DNA of 64,000 nucleotides from an uncultured Acidimicrobiia bacterium (GCA_963786955.1 CAWBAT010000005.1:640001-704000), one strand, 5' to 3'. Numbered from the stretch's first letter, positions 20,913-32,140 are shown. The notes: a model not told the origin generated them from the sequence alone. Numbers and translations are program-made.

Positions 20913-22079
20913 ATGAGAGTAGCTGCTGCCATACTGATTGGCCTGTTGGGGACGCTTTCGTCCCTGGGACAAACACCTCAGAAGGTGAAGCTTTCTGATT
21001 TCAAGCTCGCTTCGAGTTGCCAGCCCTGCCACGAGGAGATTTATGCTCAGTGGCAAACCTCGACCCATTCCAAGGCATTTGTCGATCCTTTATACCAAGC
21101 AGTTGTCCGTAAAGCCGTCGAGGAAAGCAAAGGGGGCTTAACCCAATTTTGTGTTTCCTGCCACGCACCCCTGGCGACCGTCACCAGTTCCATTCCACCC
21201 GATCTGTTTCAGAAAGAGCAGATAGACCCACGGATTGAGAACGGGGTAACCTGCGAGTTCTGCCACACGATCTCTGGTAACAGAAGTGAACCTTAACAAA
21301 CTCAGTCTCGGGGCTTTCCTTTTCCCAAGAGCTATCCAAACGAAAATTCTTTACGGACGGCATGCGGATGCTACCAACGATGCGCATCCGACCCAACCCT
21401 CGCCGTTTCTTGTTGTCCCGGAATTATGCGGGACCTGCCATCGATTTGGACACCCCGTTTCAGGGATGCCGGTTCAAGACACCTATCAGGAATGGAAGCA
21501 AAGTCCCTATGCCGCAAAAGGGACCCGATGTCAGGATTGCCATATGCCCTCGTATCAGGGGAAAGTGTCTGAGTCAGGCAAAGAACGTTCTGAAATTCAT
21601 GCCCACATTTTTAGGGGCGGACACACGGAAATGATACGACAGGCGGCCATCGTCAATATCACGGCTAATCGAGACTACATCGAACCCCTAGATGCGTCGG
21701 TGGTAGTCACTAATGTCGGAGCCGGCCATATGATCCCGACCGGACTCCCTGCTGTCCGTGAGATGTGGTTAGAGGTTACAGTCCAGAGCCAAGGGAAAAT
21801 CTTGAGTACTCAAAAGAGGGTTTTCGGCCTGGAAGTTCTCAATGCGGAAGGGAAGCCGGCTTTGCCGTGGGAAGCCACGAAGCTCGGGAAAGACACCCGG
21901 ATTGCCCCTAAGAAATCCCGTTTAGAGAAGTTTCGATTCGAGGTTTCCGGTTCGGAAAACATTCGCATTGAAGCCAAGCTCCAGGAACAATTATTGTCCG
22001 ACCAGGCCGCCAAATTTGCTGGCATTCCGCCCACTCCGCCTCAATCGATGGCAGAAACATCGATCTCCTGCCTCAATGA
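20913..22079 (+). CDS. Periplasmic pentaheme c-type cytochrome, paralog of 1748-2863 (frameshifts near 21285 and 22070)
   Basis: CQPCH, CVSCH, CEFCH, CGTCH, CQDCH; 'GAGHMIPTG', 'DTRIAP'. Confidence 0.85.
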
Positions 22080-23005
22080 GTTCAGCTCCGGGTACCGAGG
22101 AGAATTTCCCTCTCCAACAGTTCGCGATGCGGCTTTCTTTGGCCGTGGGCTTTTTCATGCTCGTGACCAAAACCTTCGCCTACTGGCTGACTGGGTCGGC
22201 CGCAATCCTCTCTGATGCTGCAGAATCCGTCGTCCATGTCGTTGCCGTTTCCTTTGCGGCTTACAGTCTTGGCTCAGTGTCAAACCGGCGGACCGCAGCC
22301 ATCTGTACGGACATGATAAGATCAGTTTCTTCTCGGCGGGGTTTGAAGGGGCGATGATCATCATCGCCGCTTTCTATATCATCTATGTTTCAATTGAAAA
22401 ATGGATTTCAGGGCTGAGGCTGGAGCACCTTGGCACGGGAACGGGCCTGACCTTATCTGGCCTCTGATCAACGGCGGCTTAGGTCTTTATCTGGTCACCA
22501 TTGGGAAGAAGAAACCACTCTCTAATTCTTGAGGCCAACGGGAAACATGTCCTCACGGATTGCTGGACAAGTCTGGGCGTTGTCGTCGGCCTGTTCCTGG
22601 CCATGATCACGGGCTGGTTGGTTCTGGATCCGATTATCGCGATCCTGGTAGCTTTAAATATCCTGTGGACCGGCGGTCAATTAATCCGCCGATCCATCGG
22701 TGGTTTAATGGATGAGGTGGATCCGGAAACAGAGGCAAGAATCAAGAGCATGCTTGACCCGATTACCAAACCCAAGGCATCGAATACCATAGTCTGCGAC
22801 ACCGGAACACGGGAAGTACGCTCTGGATCGAACTGCATATGCTTTTCCCCAAAGGGATCCTGCTGGAAAACGCTCACGCGATCGCCACCCAGATTGAAAA
22901 CCGTTTAAAGACAACCTTCCCACTAAGACCGAAGTAACCACCCATTTGGAAACCCTCGAAGACCATGCGGATATTCATACCGACCGGCACGACCAAGGAA
23001 CGTGA
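22076..23005 (+). CDS. Cation diffusion facilitator (CDF) transporter (several frameshifts)
   Basis: 'AILSDAAESVVH', 'HLYGHDK', 'ANGKHVLTD', 'LDPIIAILVA'; C-terminal 'THLETLEDH'. Confidence 0.85.
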
Positions 23006-23250
23006 GCACGAAATCGGAAGGTTAAGATGAGCGGTAAGAGAGTGACCTTTTAAAGTCACAGGATCTGCACCTCCATCTCCCCACTCGATACGATGACCCG
23101 TAAAAATCGGATGACTCACGAATTGTCCAGCTGGAATTACAGATAAGTCCAATCATGTCCGAGACCTCCTCCTTGATCTTCAGACCGTCCATTTGTGCAT
23201 CGACTATCATTTTGTGATCGTTTCATTTTACGAATGGCACTTCGCAGAAC

Positions 23251-23896
23251 ATGTCCTTCTCGAAAGAGCGCCCACAATCGCTGGGAGAGGAAATCGCAAA
23301 CAGCATAAGCCACGGAGTTGGCCTGCTGGCAGCAACTCTCGCGATCCCAGTGCTCGTGATTGGGGCTATCCGACGAGGAGGCATTGGCACCTTGATCGGC
23401 GCGAGTGTCTTCGGGGTCACCATGTTGCTACTGTACTCAGCCTCCACCCTTTACCACGCGTTGGCCCGTAACCGTGCCAAACGCGTGTTTCAGGTCCTCG
23501 ACCACAGCGCGATTTACTCTATTAATCGCCGGCACCTACACTCCATTTGCTCTCGGTGTGCTCCGGGGTGCTTGGGGGTAGACGCTGCTCGTTCTGGTTT
23601 GGAGCCTGGCACTTACAGGTGTCATGTTGAAAGCTACGGGTAACATGCGGCATCCGATCTATTCGACCTCCCTTTACCTGGGATGGGCTGGCTTGTCATT
23701 GTCGCGTTCAAGCCCCTCTACATCCATGTGCCAGCATGGGGTCTGTTCTGGCTCTTGGCAGGTGGCATTGGATACACAGCGGGGATTGGATTTTTCGCGG
23801 CCGCGACGGCTTCGCTATAGCCACTTCATTTGGCACCTTTTCGTCATGGCAGGTACAGCCTGTCATTTCATCGCAGTCTTGCGGTTTGCATTCTGA
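23251..23896 (+). CDS. Hemolysin III / PAQR family membrane protein (frameshifts and one in-frame TAG near 23579; possibly a pseudogene)
   Basis: 'EEIANSISHG', 'STLYH', 'LDHSAIY', 'HFIWHLFV...CHF'. Confidence 0.8.
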
Positions 23897-24299
23897 CAGC
23901 AGAGAGCATTTGCGGGCTTGGAAAAATCAAATCACTGTACTGAAGTCAGATTTGAAAGAACCGACCAACCCCTTTCTAATCCCCTCCAAAGGGCGGAGTG
24001 TCGAGAGCTTCTGGCAAAGGATAAATCCGGCCAAGGAGACAATTCCCAGCTTTCACCCCCTCTCTCATATCGCTTTTGTCTTGAAAAAGACTCCTTCCTT
24101 GCGTATTCTTTGGCATGCCAATGGCTTTTGCAGTCTCCGCGCAGGCCACGAGGGACCCCGAGGGGATGTCCCTTCTTGAAATTGTCACTCCCCGCTCGAA
24201 ATTTGCTTATCTTCTTGAAGAGTTCAGTCGTTTCGGGAAAATCGGACTCCAGGTGATTCCATTTTGAGTCGTCAAAGTCCACTCTCAAAACCTGACAAC

Positions 24300-26732
24300 A
24301 TGGATCCTAATCTGGTCTTTGTACGTGTTGAAGGTGATGTTTTGTCTCTGCGCCCATTCCGCATACTGGCTCACTATGCGCGGAATGCTCAGGCCTTTAC
24401 AGAGCGGGCCTTCCGACTCCCTGCCGTCGACTCTCATGACTCTCCTGCGGCCGGCCTTATCCGTTGAAAATCCTGTTCTGGGGACTCGACTGCTCTATCT
24501 GCCACTTCGCGGAATGAGCCGCGACAGACTCGATCTTCTGGGCGAAGAATATTTCAACTATGTTTTGTCTTCCCGATTAAGAAAGGAAGGGATTCGCCAT
24601 ATCGAAGAATTGCACGCGATGGGCAAAGAAGATCGTATTCGTGAGCGATCAATTGGATCATCTCATCCGACCTCTGGCACTCCACCTTAAAGCCCATTTT
24701 CTCGCTACGAATCGCCTCGAATTTCGGGATGATCTGGCAACAGGGAGGCTTCTTGAACCTGTCATCCCCGCTTTGGGGGTCACCGCCGGTTTAACCTCGA
24801 CGGAACGGAAAGAGTCCACCGGCTGGAAGGCCTTCGAAAAGGAGGTGGGGCCCCAAGAATTCTCGACGGTGAATCCTCTTTCGATTCTCCCCGTGCACCG
24901 CCGAATCCGGGCGATCCATCATCCTATGGTCCAGTTCGCAAGACGGGATTCCACACTGAAGCCGTTGTCGGTCCGTGGAAGTTTATCCGGCAAAAAGATT
25001 CTTTTAATCGGCTGCACCGGATTCATCGGGAAGGTATGGCTGACCATGCTGCTGAAGGATTTACCCGAAATCGGCCGCGTCTTCTTGCTGATCCGGCGTC
25101 ATGGAAAACGGTCGGCACTGCAACGATTTGAAAAAATTGTTGCACGAGTCTCCGACCTTCAAACCCTTTCATGAATCCTATGGCAATCAGCTGGGTGAGT
25201 TTCTCGCTGAACGGATTGAGGTTATCGAGGGAGACGTTTCAGAGCCCCACCTAGGCCTTAACCCACAAACCGCTCGGCGCCTGTATGGCGAGCTCGATCT
25301 CATTGTCAATTCAGCAGGTTTGACAGATTTCAATCCGGACCTCCGGCTGGCCCTTTCGACCAATGCGGACAGCGTGTTGCACCTGATCGAGTTTCTCAAC
25401 AATTCGCAGAAGGCAGGGCTAGTCCATATTTCCACGTGTTTTGTTAACGGTCGCACCGACGGCCGGGTCCCTGAAGAATTGCGGCGCAATTACACACCGA
25501 AAGGCAGAGTTGAATTTGACGCCATCTCAGAATGGAAGTTTCTGCACCAGGAAATCAAACGGGTCGAAGAAGAATCTGAAAGCCCTTCACTCAACGAACA
25601 ATTCCGAACCCAGGTGGTTTCCCGTTGGAAGGATGGGGAAGAAGCAGGTCCCGGACAGAAAGGTATTCAGAACCGGATCCGCAATTTGCGGACTCGCTGG
25701 GTGCGTGATCAGTTGATCGAAATGGGAGTGCAACGAGCTCAATATTGGGGATGGCCTAACATCTATACCTTTACCAAGAGCCTTGGAGAATCCCTCCTGG
25801 AAAACAAAGGAGCCAGGCTCCCCTTCAGTATCGCACGGCCCTCCATAGTGGAATCCTCGGTTTTTCAGCCGTTTCGAGGCTGGAATGAGGGAGTGAATAC
25901 GACAGCCCCGCTTTCCTATCTGCTCGGCACCTATTTTCGTCAGCTTCCGTCCAACAAGCGAAAGCGGCTCGATGTCATACCGGTCGACTTGGTCTGCAGA
26001 GGGATAACCCTGATTGCCGCCGCGCTAGTGCAACGAGGTCATGAAAAAGTTTATCAGCTTGCAACCTCTGCGACGAACCCGGCGAACATGCGACGGACGA
26101 TTGAGTTGACCGCGTTAGCCCATCGTAAGCATTATCGTTCTTTGGAGGGGCTAGAACATTGGCTTCGGGCCCGGTTCGACGCGATTGCCGTTTCGAAAAC
26201 CCGCTACAAATACGTGTCCCTGCCAAGATTAAAAGGATTGCTACAAAGCGCTGAGAGCGTCCTTTCGCTCTTGCCATTCAAAGGGGACACTCTGGTGCGA
26301 AAGCAAAGGGCCCTGGACCGAGTGCAAAAAGTCATCGGACTTTACGAGCCTTTCATCTTGGATAATGACTACTTCTTTGCCGCCGATCATATCAAGGCGC
26401 TGGCCGAGTCGCTGCCGGATGAGGAGGCTCAAACGTTTGGTTACGATGTCTCTTCGATCGATTGGTATGACTACTGGATCGATCTCCATGTCCCGGCCTT
26501 GAGACGATGGACTTATCCTTTAATCGAAGGGCGTCGCCCGGAAACAGGCTTGTTACCGCGAAATTTCAAGCTCCCGGTAAAAGAAGAAGGTCATACTTCC
26601 GAGCTTTCGGAATCACTCGACCCAGCCTCAGCTAAGCCAGCAACTTCTTTGCTTCCATCCGAAAATTTGGGCAATGCTGCCGGGGCACCGGCAGGAGATA
26701 ATTTTCAGGTGGCTGACCAGGATGGTAATTGA
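24300..26732 (+). CDS. Fusion of a degenerate HAD-like domain with a fatty acyl-CoA/ACP reductase (male-sterility/NAD_binding_4 type); 3 frameshifts
   Basis: N-terminal HAD-IB-like fold ('NRLEFRDDLATGRLLEPV'); Rossmann 'LLIGCTGFIGKV'; 'HISTCFV'; catalytic 'WPNIYTFTKSLGE'; 'RPSIVES'; 'DVIPVD'; C-terminal 'IDWYDYW...HVPALRR'. Confidence 0.8.
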
Positions 26733-26740
26733 GCATAACT

Positions 26741-27878
26741 ATGGCTACTTTTGTTACAGGCTCAACAGGATATCTTGGGGCCCATGTTGCTTCGGAGCTG
26801 CTCTCAAAACATAACTCTAAGTTAAGCCTCCTGGTGCGAGCCAAAGATCACCGGGGGGCTGAGTTGAAACTTTGGAAGGCCATGCAATTACACCTCGGAT
26901 TTTCCGAGTTTGTCCATTGGCTAGAAACAAACATCGAAATCTTTCTTGGCGACATTACTCTCCCCCGCTTTCGGGTTAGATGAAGAACAGTACGTCCAGC
27001 TGCTCAAGAAGACTGATTCGGTCCTTCATATCGCGGCATCGCTAAATCGTCGCTCCGAGAAATCCTGCCTGAACGTAAATCTTCGCGGCACGCTGGAAGT
27101 GCTTCAGTTCGCCCGGAGAGTTAGTTCCTATCATGGCCTTCGGCGTTTCAGCCACGTGAGCACAGTCGCCGTCGCGGGAGCACGAAGCAACGAAGTTGTC
27201 AAAGAGGACGAATCCATTGATTGGAACCGGTCGGATTTTGACCCGTATGCGAGAACCAAGAAGTTCAGCGAGCTGATGATTCGGGAATTGCTTCCTGATA
27301 TCCCCTTGACCATCTTCCGTCCTAGCATTGTTTTGGGGGATAGCCGCTATGGCGCGACAACCCAATTCGACATGGTGGAGGCATTCGTCTTCTTAGCGAA
27401 ATTAGGGTTGCTTCCACTGCGACCTCACGATCGTTTGGACATCGTGAACGTCGATTTTGTCGCCAATTCCATTGTCTCTCTCCATCAAAAGGAGAAAACC
27501 TTATACGATACCTACCATTTATCTTCTGGCGTTCATTCCCCTACCTGCCGGCAGATTACTGAGGCGCTCAGCGCCGCTCGACAGAGGAAGGGGCCCTTCT
27601 ACCTGCCATCTCTCGCAAATCCTTTTAAGGGAATCGTGAACTGGATGGCAAATCGTCGTGGAACTTCTGTGGGGCACCTGGGATCATTACTCAAGGTTTT
27701 CTTACCTTATCTCTTATGGAACACCGTATTCGACAATCAACGAGCGGTTCAAGAAGTCGGCCAGCATCCTGTACCTTTTCCTGAGTACTGCTACCCTTTG
27801 TACAATTTCTCGGTCAAGCACAATTTTGCTTATCCTTACCAGGACTGGCCGGCGCTTGAAGGGAGTTCCACCGCATGA
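26741..27878 (+). CDS. Extended SDR / thioester-reductase-like NAD(P)-dependent oxidoreductase (frameshift near 26965)
   Basis: '[10 protein letters not shown]', 'VNLRGT', 'HVSTVAVAG', 'YARTK' (YxxxK), '[10 protein letters not shown]'. Confidence 0.85.
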
Positions 27879-29284
27879 TGGATCCATTGCTGGAGCTTTG
27901 GGTTGCGGGACTGGTAGAGCTGGCAAAGACCCGATGGATCCTGGGCTTCGGTCAGGCTTGGACCCCAGGCTCTCCTCTCCGACTCCTCTTTGCAGGATAC
28001 AATGGAAACCGTAACACCGGCGCCGATGTCCGGGTCGAGGAAATGATCCGTCAAATTCGCCGAGTTCTGGGGGATGAGCATATTGACCTCAGTGTTCTCT
28101 CGCATAACCTAGAACTTTCGAAAGGTTATTTCCCCACCGTCCAACAGGTTAAGCTTCCGGATGTGTTTCCGCCCTTCTTATTTCGAGAAATACCCCGCTA
28201 TCACGGCGTCATCACCTGTGAGGGATCGATGTTTAAGAGCAAGTTTGCCAATGCCCTAACGACGATGATGATCGGGGCCCTGGGCATTGCCACGGCCGAA
28301 AATAAAGTCTCGATCGGGTACGGCGCAGAAGCCGGATCGATGGATCGCCTGCTGCAGAGCATGTGTCGCCGCTATTGCGCCAGTTCGCTGGTTGTGACAC
28401 GCAACGAAGAGTCTCAAAAAGTGTTGGGAGATTTAGGAATCCAAACGGAATTGGGAACGGATACGGCGTGGACATTTGAACCGCACGGGTTAGATTATGG
28501 GAGAAAAGTTTTACTCGATGCCGGCTGGGACGGTCGTACCCCCATCTTGGGTTTGTGTCCGATCAATCCTTTCTGGTGGCCGGTAAAACCATCAATTCTG
28601 AAACTGCTGATGAATAAGTCGGCAGGCTTTTATCGGGATAGCCATTATCGCTCGATTTATTTCCATAACGATGGAAAAGAAGTCAACGCAGCCTTCTTCC
28701 GTTATCTTGAAGCATTCGTCGCTGGGATCCAAGAGTTTCGAAAAGAGCACGCCGTCTTCCCCGTATTGATCGGGATGGAGGCATTAGATCGCCGTGCTTG
28801 CGAAATCATGGGACAGAAGCTTGATCGAGTCCCTCTATTCATTTCAGATCAATATGACATGTACCAATTGGTCAGTATTCTGCGCAATTGCCACCTTTTG
28901 CTCTCTTCCCGTTATCACGGTATCGTGACATGCATGCCCACACTGGTTGCATCAGCCGGAGTGACCATGGATGAGCGTATTCGCAACCTCATGCGTGAAA
29001 GAGGTCACACGGATCTGTTACTGGAGGTAGATGATCCGGACCTTTCATCAAAACTGGTGATCGTGTTGCGAAGACTCATCAAGAATTCTGAAGAAATCCG
29101 ACAGGGGATTGGAAAAACCGTGGTCAGGAATCTGAAGATGATGTCGAGGATGGGTATTTATCTTCAGCAAAACGTCCAAGAACGATATCCGGAATTCCCC
29201 GTCCGGACAGGACACTATTCCTGGGAAGACTATCTGCCATCCTTGAGCCCAACTCTGCAGAAACTGATAGAAGAGTTTGAGTAA
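27875..29284 (+). CDS. Polysaccharide pyruvyl transferase family protein (GT-B-like)
   Basis: '[11 protein letters not shown]', 'VVTRNEES', 'GTDTAW', 'SSRYHG' match the family's G-x-N-x-G-D, R-(D/N)-x-x-S and R-x-H motifs. ATGA overlap with the upstream SDR. Confidence 0.75.
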   Translation: MMDPLLELWVAGLVELAKTRWILGFGQAWTPGSPLRLLFAGYNGNRNTGADVRVEEMIRQIRRVLGDEHIDLSVLSHNLELSKGYFPTVQQVKLPDVFPPFLFREIPRYHGVITCEGSMFKSKFANALTTMMIGALGIATAENKVSIGYGAEAGSMDRLLQSMCRRYCASSLVVTRNEESQKVLGDLGIQTELGTDTAWTFEPHGLDYGRKVLLDAGWDGRTPILGLCPINPFWWPVKPSILKLLMNKSAGFYRDSHYRSIYFHNDGKEVNAAFFRYLEAFVAGIQEFRKEHAVFPVLIGMEALDRRACEIMGQKLDRVPLFISDQYDMYQLVSILRNCHLLLSSRYHGIVTCMPTLVASAGVTMDERIRNLMRERGHTDLLLEVDDPDLSSKLVIVLRRLIKNSEEIRQGIGKTVVRNLKMMSRMGIYLQQNVQERYPEFPVRTGHYSWEDYLPSLSPTLQKLIEEFE

Positions 29285-29381
29285 AGAACTGGCGTGAGCT
29301 GTAGCTGCGGTCCTCGAGCATCAGATAACTGACAAAGTCATGGGATCCGGCAGCCATAAACTGTCGCCTCCGTCGGTTTAT

Positions 29382-29595
29382 CCCGAATTCCGAAGTTGGG
29401 CGAGGGGGATTTCTATCTATTTACTGATTTACATGAGACTTGCAAGACGCTCAGGAAAGGGAAAATGTATACTGATGGCCTGCGGATTCAGGTGGAACGC
29501 GCGCTCCGCCGCGCGTTCATTGAGCGTGCCCGGGGGGACAGCGGTCCCACGCGCACGCTCCACCTTGCGACGCTCACGCACTTTCGGAATTCGAG
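29382..29595. mobile_element. 214-bp MITE with 5-bp target duplication, carrying a REP-like doublet
   Basis: TTTAT direct repeats at 29377-29381 and 29596-29600; TIRs CCCGAATTCCGAA / TTCGGAATTCGAG; internal GGTGGAACGCGCG...CGCGCGTTC ... GCACGCTCCACC. Confidence 0.75.
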
Positions 29596-29649
29596 TTTAT
29601 CCGAGCTTGAAAGGAACGATTAAAGATTGCAACAGGCAAAGACGCAGCG

Positions 29650-31353
29650 ATGAATTTCTTAGAGACTATTTTCGAGAACCTGTCCAGCGCTCCACAGAAG
29701 CCAATCTTGCAGGAAATACGCCGAGGCCACCTCGTTTCGTGCACGGGTGAAGAGTTGCTGGGCTACATTCAGCAGGCTCGCTACGCCTTGAGGGAAGCCG
29801 GATTACACGCAGGCGACCGATGTGCATTATTGGCACCCAATAGCATTCAGTGGGTTGCCGTTGATCTGGCCATCATGGCGGAGGGAGGAATCGTTGTTCC
29901 TCTCTATTCGAGGCAGTCCCCTTCCGAACTGGTTCAGATGATGAAAGATTCTTCTCCGCGTTTCCTTTGTTGCGCGAACGTGGAACTGCGAGACGCCATC
30001 TCTGCAGTCTGGGCCGAGGTCCCTGCCACTCTCTTGTTTGAAAAAATTTTCTCAACCGTTCTTTCCCCCTCCACTCCGGATCTAAAGAAAGACTCAACTG
30101 CTGAGACAAAATACCTGGCTGGCTTGACTGATTCGTCATGGGTAACGATCATCTATACTTCGGGAACTTCGGGAGATTCGAAGGGAGTTGTTCTGACGGC
30201 AGGAAACATCACGTTCATGCTGCAGCGCACCACGGGGCGACTTGTTGAACTCATGCAAAACGTCAAGAAGAGTAGTGATGACCGGGTCTTTCATTACCTT
30301 CCTTTCTGTTTTGCAGGATCCTGGATTCTTTTACTCTCAAACCTCTACCGAAACAACGCTCTGATCCTTTCCACGGATCTCAACAAGCTGACTGAAGAAC
30401 TTCAGATCGCCCAACCCCACTATTTTTTAAATGTTCCTGCGCTGTTAGAACGGATACGCAACGGCATACAAGATCAGCTTCGCAAGAGAGGGAAAGTGGT
30501 CCACCGTTTATTTGCGAGAGCACAAAAGGCCTGGCTCGCTCAGAACCACGGCGAGGCTGGAATCGTAGATTCGCTCGGACTCTCACTCACACGGTTCCTG
30601 ATTTTTCCCAAAATCAAACAAACGATCAGCCCAAACCTTCGAGCACTAATCTGTGGCTCTGCTTCCCTCTCTGAAGAGACTCAACTCTTTTTCCAGATGA
30701 TCGGTATTCCTGTTTTACAGGTTTATGGGCTCACAGAAACCACGGGAATCTGTACGATGGACGATGTTCATGAAGTCAGCGCAGGGCGAGTCGGCCCCGC
30801 CATTCCCGGGATTGAAATGAAGCTGGGCGCAAATGATGAGATTCTCGTACGGGGTCCCAACGTGTTTCCCGGCTATTGGAACCGACCTGAAGCAACCGCC
30901 GAAGTGATCAAAGATGGATGGTTTCATACAGGGGATCAGGGTGAGGTTGATGGGAACGGAAATTGGAAGATTGTTGGACGATTGAAAAATTTGATCATTC
31001 CGACTTCAGGTCACAATGTCAGCCCGGAACCTCTTGAACAAAAACTGCTCAGCTTCCTCCCGGAGGCCGAATATGCGATGGTCTGCGGGAACGGCCGGAA
31101 GTTTCTTTTGGCCATCATCAGTGGGAATGCAACGAGGGAAAGAGTTGAGGTAGCCCTTCAAGCCCTCAATCAAGAATTGCCGCATTACAAGCAAGTTCGG
31201 AAATTCTACCTGACCCCAGAACCTTTTAGCGCCGAAAACGGACTGTTGACCACGAACCGAAAGATCAAACGCGCAGCCATCGAATCACTCTACAGGAGCG
31301 CCATCGAAGAGCTATACCGGGATCCGGCAACACAGGTTAAGGACCGGCCCTAA
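29650..31353 (+). CDS. Long-chain fatty acid-CoA/ACP ligase (AMP-binding)
   Basis: 'IIYTSGTSGDSKG', 'YGLTET', 'GWFHTGDQG', 'GRLKNLI'. Confidence 0.92.
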   Translation: MNFLETIFENLSSAPQKPILQEIRRGHLVSCTGEELLGYIQQARYALREAGLHAGDRCALLAPNSIQWVAVDLAIMAEGGIVVPLYSRQSPSELVQMMKDSSPRFLCCANVELRDAISAVWAEVPATLLFEKIFSTVLSPSTPDLKKDSTAETKYLAGLTDSSWVTIIYTSGTSGDSKGVVLTAGNITFMLQRTTGRLVELMQNVKKSSDDRVFHYLPFCFAGSWILLLSNLYRNNALILSTDLNKLTEELQIAQPHYFLNVPALLERIRNGIQDQLRKRGKVVHRLFARAQKAWLAQNHGEAGIVDSLGLSLTRFLIFPKIKQTISPNLRALICGSASLSEETQLFFQMIGIPVLQVYGLTETTGICTMDDVHEVSAGRVGPAIPGIEMKLGANDEILVRGPNVFPGYWNRPEATAEVIKDGWFHTGDQGEVDGNGNWKIVGRLKNLIIPTSGHNVSPEPLEQKLLSFLPEAEYAMVCGNGRKFLLAIISGNATRERVEVALQALNQELPHYKQVRKFYLTPEPFSAENGLLTTNRKIKRAAIESLYRSAIEELYRDPATQVKDRP

Positions 31354-31358
31354 AGCCC

Positions 31359-32039
31359 ATGATTCCATTGCCCCTAGCCAGAAGACTTGTTCGAGCATTG
31401 ATGACCTGGGTGGTTTTGATGGCACTGATGCTTTCAGCCTGGGGATGGAATCGGCTCGCCGGATTCGGGGCGGAATGGCCAAGACTCCTCTTGCCTTTTG
31501 TATGGCTCATTTTCTCACTTTACGGAGCGTGGAGGGACACGCAAACCAGCAGTTCGGAGGGGAAGAATGAGGTGCGCAACCACCGGCGAATGCTCCTGTT
31601 TTTTCTACCGGTCTTTGTCTTGTGGTTTTTCTACCTTCCTTATTCGGATCAAAGAGATGGCCCCGCCTTTTCTTCCACTCCCTTACGCTGGGTTGGGCTG
31701 GTTTTTTTTGCAATCGCTCTGTTGCTCCGGATTGAAGCAATCCGAGCGCAAGGCAAGCAATTCAGTTATGCTGTGACGATTCAAGACGGCCACCAACTGG
31801 CACTTCAAGGCCCGTACCGATGGATCCGTCACCCGGCTTACCTGGGAGTTATCGGGATGTTTTGCGGACTCTCTTGGGTATTCGCAAGATTTGAGCTGGG
31901 GCTCCTGATGGCACTTTTGGTATGGTTGTGGATGGAATCGCGCATCCGGGATGAAGAGAAATTGTTGCTTGAGGAATTTGGAAGAGATTACGCTCATTAT
32001 CGCCAGAAAACGGCAAAGCTTGTACCCTTTGTCTACTGA
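31359..32039 (+). CDS. ICMT/PEMT-family membrane methyltransferase
   Basis: Multiple TM helices; 'GPYRWIRHPAYLG', 'RIRDEEKLL..FG.DY..Y'. Confidence 0.88.
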   Translation: MIPLPLARRLVRALMTWVVLMALMLSAWGWNRLAGFGAEWPRLLLPFVWLIFSLYGAWRDTQTSSSEGKNEVRNHRRMLLFFLPVFVLWFFYLPYSDQRDGPAFSSTPLRWVGLVFFAIALLLRIEAIRAQGKQFSYAVTIQDGHQLALQGPYRWIRHPAYLGVIGMFCGLSWVFARFELGLLMALLVWLWMESRIRDEEKLLLEEFGRDYAHYRQKTAKLVPFVY

Positions 32040-32140
32040 CGGGTAGTAGAATTCCTAGGACTAAGCATTTCGAGAAAGTCGGGTCAGGATTTTGCCCCAA
32101 CAGGCGTCAACAAAAATCTTGGGATAGAAATCACACTCAT

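Noticed and set aside
12195-22079. Selenocysteine read-through explaining the broken cytochrome genes
   Set aside because: The breaks are frame changes, not in-frame TGA codons at Cys positions.
23570-23590. In-frame TAG in the hemolysin III gene as pyrrolysine or stop-codon recoding
   Set aside because: It falls at an expected Trp (TGG->TAG) in a gene that also has indels; TAG is a normal stop elsewhere in the window and no pyl genes are present.
24111-24126. Sigma-54 promoter for the lipid operon (TGGCATGCCAATGGCT)
   Set aside because: Spacing fits, but the -12 element is weak and there is no supporting upstream architecture; chance match not excluded.
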